A stretch of 64,000 bases of DNA, taken from assembly GCA_951406725.2 (NCBI GenBank), contig OX597818.1, positions 143,406,001 through 143,470,000 on the forward strand, read 5' to 3'. Origin of the DNA: Octopus vulgaris (lineage: Eukaryota). The translations under genes and the position numbers were made by a program. This document shows positions 52,953 through 64,000 of this stretch, one piece after another (positions within the stretch are counted from its first letter, which is position 1; each line of letters starts with the position of its first letter). The notes under the pieces were generated by a model. That model was not told the origin of the DNA, searched no databases, and was given only the letters and a program-made list of their open reading frames with translations.

Positions 52953-55708
52953 GGAAAGATTAAAAAAGAGCAAATGTGGAAAAGGAGACTAAAAAAATAA
53001 AAGACAAGATATGAGTAGAATAGAAGCCTGGAAAGTGAACATGTTAAGAAACACAAGATGCAAATTTTCCCTCGAGGAAAGATACTTAGTCAAAGAGAAA
53101 GGATTTGGGACAATAATAGAAGAGTTGAAACAGCGTATCATAGCAGTAGCAGGAAAGCTCTCCAGATATCAGAAAAGAATAGATCAGTATCAACAGAACA
53201 CATTATTTGAGACAGACCAGAGAAGATTTTATAACCAAATAAATAGTGGAGAACGAAGTACTGAAGATGAGAAACCTAATGCAGAAGAAGCTAGAAAGTT
53301 CCAGAGTAATATTTGGGATAAGTCAGTCAATCATAATGGAGATGAAGTATGGTTAAAGAAAGTGAGGGAAGAAGTAGTGAGTGAGACGTAACCAGATCTA
53401 AGACTAACTCGTGCATTAATGAGTAAAGTGTTAGGAAAAACGTCGACTTGGGAGGGCCCTGGACCAGATTTAGTTCAAGGATACTGACTAAAGAAGTTTG
53501 GTGGTTTACAGGGAGGCTAAGGGAACAACTTCCGGATTGCCTTAAAGGAGGAATAGTATCAAATTGGATGACTAGAAGGAGGACAATACTCATTATGAAA
53601 GATAAGATCAAGGATAATAGAGCTAGTAACTAAAACCCAATCACTTGCCTTCCATTAGTGTGGATGTTGTTAACAGGAATGCTTTCAGAAAGCATTTACG
53701 AGCACCTTGACAACCAGAATTTACTACCAGAAGAGCAGAATGCAGGAAGAAGGCTAGAGGAATGCAAGATCTATTATGCATAGACAAAGCAGTTCTAAAT
53801 GAAGTAAAGGCTAGAAATAAAAATCTAACAATAGCATGGATAGAATATAGGAAAGCCTATGACATGACCCCACACTCATGGATAAGTGAATGTTTGAGTA
53901 TATTCAGTATAGTAGACAATATAAGAGAATTAATTAACTGTAGCATGGGGAAATGGAAAGTAGATCTCTACTCAGGTGACACGCTGTTACGGAAAGTTAA
54001 TATTAAAAGAAAAATTTTCCAGGGGTCTCTTTGTCCTCTTTATTATTTGTCTTATGTTTGATCCCCGTCAGTTTAGTATTCAGGAAGGCAAATGTAGGAT
54101 ATCAGTCCAGAAATAGTGAGGGAAAAATTAACCATTTGCTCTACATGGATAACCTGAAGCTTTTTAGTAAGAATGAAAAAGAGATAGATTCCTTAATACA
54201 GACTGTCAGACTCTTCAGCAAAGATGAAGGCATGGAATTTGGCACAGGTAAGTGTGCAATATTAGTCATAATGGGACAGGTAGTCAACTGCAAATGCATC
54301 CAGTAACCAAATGATCAGACATTAAAATCATTGAACGGAGGAGATAGTTATAAGTATCTAGAAGTATTAGAATGTGGCAGAGTACTAACTACAGAAATGA
54401 AAACGAAAATTGAGGAGTACACCAGAAGCGTGAGGAAGTTCATGAAGTCAAAACTAAATGGTCCAAATCTAGTGAAGGCTGTAAAAATGTGGATAGTACC
54501 ATTACTTAGATATTCAGTGGCTTTTGTAGATTGGACAAAACCTGAATTAGCAAAGCTAGACAGAAGAACTAGGAAAGAATTCAATATGAATGGAGGACTC
54601 CACCCAAGGATAGGAGTAGCAAGATTATACCAACGTAGAAAGGAAGGTGGAAGAAGGTCAATATCAGTAAAAGACTGCGTGGAGTTAGCTGGAGTAGATA
54701 TAGACTCCTCTGTAGGTAATAGTGAAGAAAGTTTATTAAAAGCTGCTAGAGTCACAGCAAGACAGGGAAACCAAAACACCAAATGAAGTTAAAAACTAGA
54801 AAAAAAACCCAGAAATGATCTGACTGGCAGGAGAAGGCGTTGCATGGTAGATTTCCAAAGATACTTTCAGCAAACAGTAGTAGTGAGACATGGTTATGGC
54901 TGCAGAAAGGAAAGCTGAAGAGGGAGACAGAAAGTTTATTAGTAGCTGCACAAGACCAAGCATTAAGGACTAATTGGATAAAAGCCAAGATAGACAAAAA
55001 CCAAGTAGATTCCCAATGTAGGTTATGCAAATCAAAAGAGGAAAGCATTACACATATAGTAAGTGAATGTAGCATGCTGGTACAGAAAGAATATAAGAAA
55101 AGACATGACAATCTAGGAAGAGCAATCCACTGGGAGCTATGTAGAAAGCAAGGATTTGAACATACTGGTAAATGGTATGAACATGAACCTAGTAAAGTAC
55201 TAGAAAGTAAGAAATACAAGATGTTGTGGGACTTTAACATTCAGACTGATAGAGTAATAGAAACTAGAAGGCCTGATTTGTAGGTAAAGAGAATAAAAAG
55301 TGCCAGATAATTGACTTTACAGTCCCAAATGATGAAAAAAATAATATGAGAAGTATAGAAAAAATAGCAAAGTACCAGGACCTAGCTTTTGAATTACAGA
55401 GACTATGGAAAGTGCAGGTAAAATGTATCCCAGTAGTTATAGGTGCATTGGGAACTATCCCTAAAGATCTGAACAGATGGATAGAGGAAATAGGTATAAA
55501 ACCCAGTTTAGTACAGCTGCAGAAAACAGTGTTATTAGGGACAGCTAGGATACTTAGGAGAGTTCTTGGCATCTAAGGTTACTTGTTGTAACCCAATAGG
55601 AGGGATCTTGGCATCTAAAGCTACTTGTTGTAGCTCAATGTTAGGGTTCTTTTCTTTTCCAAAAGCCTAAACTGTTCAGAGTATATGGATAATAACAATA
55701 ATAATAAT
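52953..55708 (+). pseudogene. R4/Dong-clade LINE (RT plus restriction-like endonuclease), 5'-truncated, frameshifted
   Basis: PITCLPL, AWIEYRKAYD, INHLLYMDNLKLF, AAQDQALRT, CCHC knuckle CRLC...HIVSEC, RRPD and KIAKYQDL...IPVVIGALG. Ends in an (AAT)n tail. Confidence 0.93.
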
Positions 55709-55711
55709 TTA

Positions 55712-56122
55712 AAATTTTGGCACAAGACCGACAGTTTTAGGGGAGGCATTAAGTCAATTACATTGACCCTAGTGTTCAACTGGTACTTATTCTAATAACC
55801 CTGAAGAAATGAAAGGCAAAAATCAACCTCAGCAGAATTTGAACTCAGAACGTAAGGACAGACAAAATGCCACTGGACATTCTGCCAGCTCACCAGACTT
55901 CATAATTATAATCCTTTCTACTATAAGCATAAGGCCTTAAATTTGGAGGAGGGGATTAGTTGATTACATCAACCCCAGTGTTCTACTGGTACTTATTTCA
56001 TCAACCTCGATAGGATGAAAGGCAAAGTTGACCTTGGCAGAATTTGAACTCAGAACATTAAGATGGATGAAATGCTGCTAAGTACTTTGTCCAATGTGCC
56101 AACGATTCTGCCAGCTCACCAC
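55712..56122 (-). mobile_element. Two degenerate SINE copies (17263 family)
   Basis: Repeated aaaggcaaa...gcagaatttgaactcagaac...tctgccagctcacc. Confidence 0.8.
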
Positions 56123-56128
56123 TTAAAC

Positions 56129-59273
<3,145 letters not shown>

Positions 59274-59780
59274 CTAAAACAATACCTGTTGTCATAGGTG
59301 CCCTGGGAATGATAGCAAAAGGGGCTGATTGATACCTAGCTCAGATACCAGGAAACACAAAAATGGCAGAAATGCAAAAGATAGTGCTCGTGGGAACTGC
59401 CCATATCCTACATAAAATACTGTCTATGTAATCCCAAATTTTAAAACAAACATAATTTTCTTATGGTTTCTTAAACATGCACTAGTACAACACTAAGTAC
59501 AAAACCAAATATATGGCACCCTAGGCATAACACCAACATGAACTTCCAACTTGTTGTCTCTTGAGGTCTCTGGGTGAGACTTGGAGCCAACTTGTACAAA
59601 TGTAAGGCAAAAGTCAAACATAGAATAATAATAATAATAATAATGATTAAACACCAAAAATCATCCCTGTTGTTGTAGGCACCGTAGGAATGATCAAGAA
59701 AGGTACTAGATCTCTAGGAAACCAACAATCTATGAAACTCAAAAAAATAGCCGTCTGGCTATTAGCGCACGTCTACGATG
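59274..59780 (+). mobile_element. Two R4/Dong LINE 3'-end fragments
   Basis: TIPVVIGALGMIAKG...MQKIVLVGTAHILHKILSM*, 3' UTR and (AAT)n tail (~59624-59646), then a second IIPVVVGTVGMIKKG fragment. Confidence 0.85.
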
Positions 59781-59789
59781 AGTCTACGA

Positions 59790-60137
59790 TTTTAAAAATA
59801 ATTTAACATCATTTTTTTATTCCATTTTAATGCATAATTTTTCGTGTGTCGATGGCGGCGGAGTTGGCGTCCATGGTCACATCTGCACCTGTTTGCTTCT
59901 CCCCCTTCTTCCCTCCCTCGTGAAGCTGTGGGGAAGGGAGTGTAAGGAAATCAACATCGTAAAGCGTTGTCAAGGAGACCAGCGTTCTTTTAGAACAACG
60001 ACTTCATGGCTTGAAGACACCAAAACAGAAATGGCTAAGAAAGCCCGAATTGGCATCTATAAGGGAAGTAACTCTCTAAAAATGCTTATATAGTTATTTC
60101 CCTTACAAACCCGAGCAACGCCGGGCGATACTGCTAG
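59790..60137 (+). mobile_element. Helitron 3' end
   Basis: Subterminal hairpin cccgagc-aac-gccggg followed by CTAG|T at 60134-60138. Confidence 0.7.
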
Positions 60138-60349
60138 TGTACTATAAAACTTATTCTATAAAATTGTTAACAAACACAGCATAATAATGATTGTGAACAC
60201 TGTCCATACAATATGTTTCTGAACAGAAAAAGAAATATTATTTTTAGCACACACACACAAATACATTTTTATATATATATATATACACACACACACATAC
60301 ATACACACACACACACACGCATACATATATATACATATATATATTTTCT

Positions 60350-60640
60350 CGTGACTTACCAGTCCATCAGATGTAGTTACACATCGCTGGTCACAATGCG
60401 TTCGCATTGTTTTAGCCTTCGAATGACGCCACTCCGCTGGCTAAGCGAGCAGGCCAACAGAAGAAAGAGTGGGAGAAAGAGTGGTGAGAGAGTACAGCAG
60501 GGATCACCAACCCCTGCCGGAGCCGCGTGGAGCTTTTAGGTGTTTTCGCTCAATAAACACTCACAACGCCCGGTCTGGGAATCGAAACCACAATCCTACA
60601 ACCACGAGTGCGCTGCCCTAACCACTGGGCCATTGCGCCT

Positions 60641-60644
<4 letters not shown>
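60350..60644 (-). mobile_element. tRNA-derived SINE (head shared with 44352-44737, different tail)
   Basis: 60475-60644 matches 44565-44735, and the 3' parts are unrelated. Confidence 0.85.
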
Positions 60645-60697
<53 letters not shown>

Positions 60698-60700
<3 letters not shown>

Positions 60701-63700
60701 CTTAGAATAACTTAGAAAGGTTTTTGGCCAGTATTGGCCCAGGCCATGTCTAACTTAATAGCACCACCTGGCGAAGTCTTTCAGTTCAGGATTTGGGCAC
60801 CAAGGCCCATTCGAGCAGAGAGTTATTGTTTGCGGAGACATATCCGGGTGTGGATGGTTTGTCCGGTACTGTTTGAAGGAATTTGTCCAAAGACTTCTTG
60901 AATTTTGTGTGGTCAGTTTCTTTTTTGACGTGTCCTGGTGTAATGTTGAAGAGAGCGGGTCCAATTGAGGTGAAATAGTTGTGCCGTATTGTCGTTATGT
61001 GATGCGATTTAGATTTTTGTTGTGGACGGATGGCACGTGGTCCAAGCCTTGGATGCATTTTGAAGGTGATGCCAACATCATTCGGACAGTGCTGATGGAA
61101 TATTTTCCACATCATACAGATAATGTAGCGTTCACGGCGTCGTTGGAGTGAATACAATTTCAGCTTCTCTAGTCTACCCCAGTAGTCAAGGTCTGACATG
61201 CCATCTATCTTTTTTGTGATTGACCTTTGGGGAGCTTCAATTCTCATAATATTTTGTTTTGTGTAGGGAGACCACAGTGGACAGCAGTATTCAAGGTGGG
61301 GTCGGGCAAAAGTGGAGAAGAGAAGGATAATAGCGTAGGAATCTCTCGACTGGAAGGTTCTGAGAATCCAGGAACACATTCTGCGGGCCATGTCAACTTT
61401 GCTGCTTATATGTGTAGCCCAGCTTATGTTGTTGTCCACTGTTACTCCCAGGTCTCTGATGTTGTTGGATGCCATGAGAATTTCTCCAGAAGGAAGAGAG
61501 TATGGGAGTTTCAGAGCGTCCTCCCTTCCAAAGTGGATCAGTTCGAATTTGTCTTCATTTAGCAACATGTTATTCTTTTCCGCCCATTGGACAACAGCTA
61601 GTAGGTCTGACTGAAGGTTTATTCGGTCATCCACGCCATTGATGACCTTCTGGAGCTTGGAATCATCAGCGAAGGTTCTGATGTTGCTGTGTTTGATGGT
61701 GTCAGTAATATCATTTATGTAGATGATGAAGAGAAGTGGGCCCAACACAGTGCCTTGTGGGACACCACTGCTGACTTTGGCTGGGCTGGATTTGACTCCT
61801 TCGACTACAACATGTTGGGTTCTGTTAGAGAGGAAGCACTTGATCCATTGCAGCAGCTTTCCAGTGACACCAATATTGGACAGCTTTCTCAGAAGGATCT
61901 TATGATCAACCCTGTCAAAGGCCTTGCTGAAATCAAGGTAGATGACATCAGTGTTGGAACCCTCTCCCAAGGCTCTCAAAATGTCATCAAAATGATGCAG
62001 TAGCTGCGTCAGGCAATCTCTCCCATTACGGAATCCATGCTGGTTGGGGTTCAGCATATTATGACTCTCAAGGAAGTGAGTCATACGCGATCTCAGCACC
62101 CTCTCAAATACCTTGATGATATGAGAGGTGAGTGAGATTGGACGGTAATTCACGGCAAGCGATTTGTTTCCTTTTTGAAAACTGGGACAACAGACTGGGA
62201 TAGAAGGTCTTCTGGTATATATCCAGCATCCAATGAGTTCCGCCACAGATTGGCTAGAGGGGGTGCAAGTTGGTTTTGACACATCTTCAAGACACAAGCA
62301 GGGAACCTATCGGGACCTACTGCTGAATTATGCTTCATTTCCTTTATTGCTGCTAAGACATCAGGAGCGCCAAATGTTATGTCCGATAAAGTGTATTGGG
62401 GAGTAACATCACTGATACAGCCCAGATCAGTCATATCAGGATTGCTGAAAACAGAGCAATATTGTTTCTGCAATATTTCTCCCATGGTTTTGGCATTGTC
62501 TTGAAGAATACCATTTTCATCAATCAGGGGGCCAACAGTAGAACCAGTGACTCTGTGTTTTTTTGCAAATGAAAAGAACACTTTGGGATTGAGTTTGATC
62601 TTCTCAATGGCCCAGGCCTCTTCAGCTCTTCGCTGACTATTGATGATAGACATCATGTTGTTTTGGAGTTTATGTTTTTTAATCTCTAGCGACGAGATGG
62701 CAGTCAGGTTGGTGTGTTGCTGTTGACAGTATTTCAGCATGTTGATCTTTTTGTTGATTCTTTTAATTTTCCTTATGAGAGATTTTCTATTTCTAGGGAT
62801 TCGACACTTAGATTTGTTTGCAGATCTTAATGGGGTGTGTCTTGCACATATGTTCGTGATGGTGTCTACAAGTGACTGCCAGGACTTTTTGATGTTAGTG
62901 GGTGTGTATGTGTGCGTGAAGGACCAATCGACTTGTGCAAGATCATTATTGATCGCTTCCCAGTTTGCATTGTGGAAATCCATAGTGTCAAATGGATGAA
63001 CAGGAGGGATGACATTTGTTTTGCATTTTGGCCAGTGAAATCTCAGATCACAGAGAACCATGTCATGGTCGGAGAGTAGGGTTTTCTCCACTGCAATATT
63101 GTGGATAGTATCAGTGTGATTGCTGAAAATTAAGTCTAAGACGTTTTTGTGACATCTCGTTGGTTCGAGTACCAGTTGGGACAAGAAGAAGTCATCCATG
63201 AAGTCAAGAAGCGATTCCACTGCCTCCCTGTCAGGGGTTGAGAGAGAAGAACCTGGCGACAGACTGTTTGTAGACCAGTCAACCCCGGGAAGGTTGAAAT
63301 CTCCCATCATTAAAATGTTGTCAGGTTGACACTGCTGAATGAAACACTTTATGCTGTTGAGGCATTCCTTGAAGCATGGTAGGGGCGTTTGGGGTGGTCT
63401 GTAGAGCCCAACTACTGTTAAGTTGTTGGTTTGACTGAATACAGCGACTGCTTCGCAGTATCCATTCGAAAATATGTTCATGGCTTCTGTTGAGAATGAA
63501 TCATGGACATAAATGGCAGTCCCACCCTTTCTTCTGCCAACACGATCAGCACGAATGGTTTTGAAATTTTTAACTTTCACCTCGGCTTCCAAGTGGAGGT
63601 CACTAAGATGGGTTTCAGTGAGGACGAAGAAAGGGATGTGGTTTGGATGGGCCTCGACCCAGTCCTCCAGGAATCTTATCTTCCATTTTTGTGTATTGGT

Positions 63701-64000
63701 GGAAGGGCTGATGCCTTGGGCATTAAGCAGAAATGTTGAGGCGAGAGTGGATGGTTTTAATTGTTTTGGTGATTTGTTTATTTGATTGCTTTTTAATGGC
63801 ATGTGTAGCGGGGTAATAGTGGTGGATGGCGGTGGGTGATAGCTCGGATGTTTTTTTCCAGTTCTTTTGCTAGATTCATTATAGCTAAAAAAGAGGAAGA
63901 AGAGGTGGTTTCCTGTCTAGGGAACCGCAGGTGACTGTGGCCGCGGCTATTTTTATGTGAGTGGTTATCTTTAAATGTCCGACGAGTCCCCGGGAGATGG
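60698..64000 (-). mobile_element. CR1/L2-group LINE, running off the window end
   Basis: Long ORF2, short 3' UTR, and a terminal 10-bp tandem repeat (taacttagaa x2, 60698-60717). Confidence 0.9.
60786..63802 (-). CDS. LINE ORF2: APE endonuclease plus reverse transcriptase, one 1-nt frameshift at ~62172-62176
   Basis: EN motifs LLNAQGI, LTETHL, GLYRPP, GDFNLP, LDLIF and SDH. RT motifs NYRPISLT, QHGFR, DFSKAFDRV, GVPQGTVLGP and FADD. The two track ORFs join if one A is added (FKK-GNKS). Confidence 0.9.

Noticed and set aside
61227-63785. Plus-strand ORFs over the CR1-group LINE
   Set aside because: Antisense shadows of ORF2.

Overview
Eukaryotic, AT-rich, repeat-dominated animal DNA. From recall rather than a search, the SINE families and microsatellite landscape look like an octopus (cephalopod) genome. 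No host protein-coding gene can be called with confidence, and most ORFs in the track are translations of (TA)n, (TATG)n, (CA)n or (AAT)n microsatellites. The window is a transposon graveyard: two Penelope-like (PLE) relics, several R4/Dong-type LINE relics tied to (AAT)n tracts, RTE fragments, about eight Tc1/mariner relics, three tRNA-derived SINE types, non-autonomous Helitrons and MITEs. It also holds one almost intact CR1-group LINE ORF2 (60786-63802) with a single 1-nt frameshift. Most interesting signals: (1) five minimal type I hammerhead-ribozyme folds, all on the minus strand, two of which independently carry the compensatory U3-A8 core variant; (2) a ~1.2-kb near-identical inverted duplication bracketing a PLE relic, plus several perfect fold-back palindromes; (3) a ~3.1-kb pure (AAT)n tract between R4/Dong LINE ends; (4) a tandem-trimer SINE with a stuttered target site.
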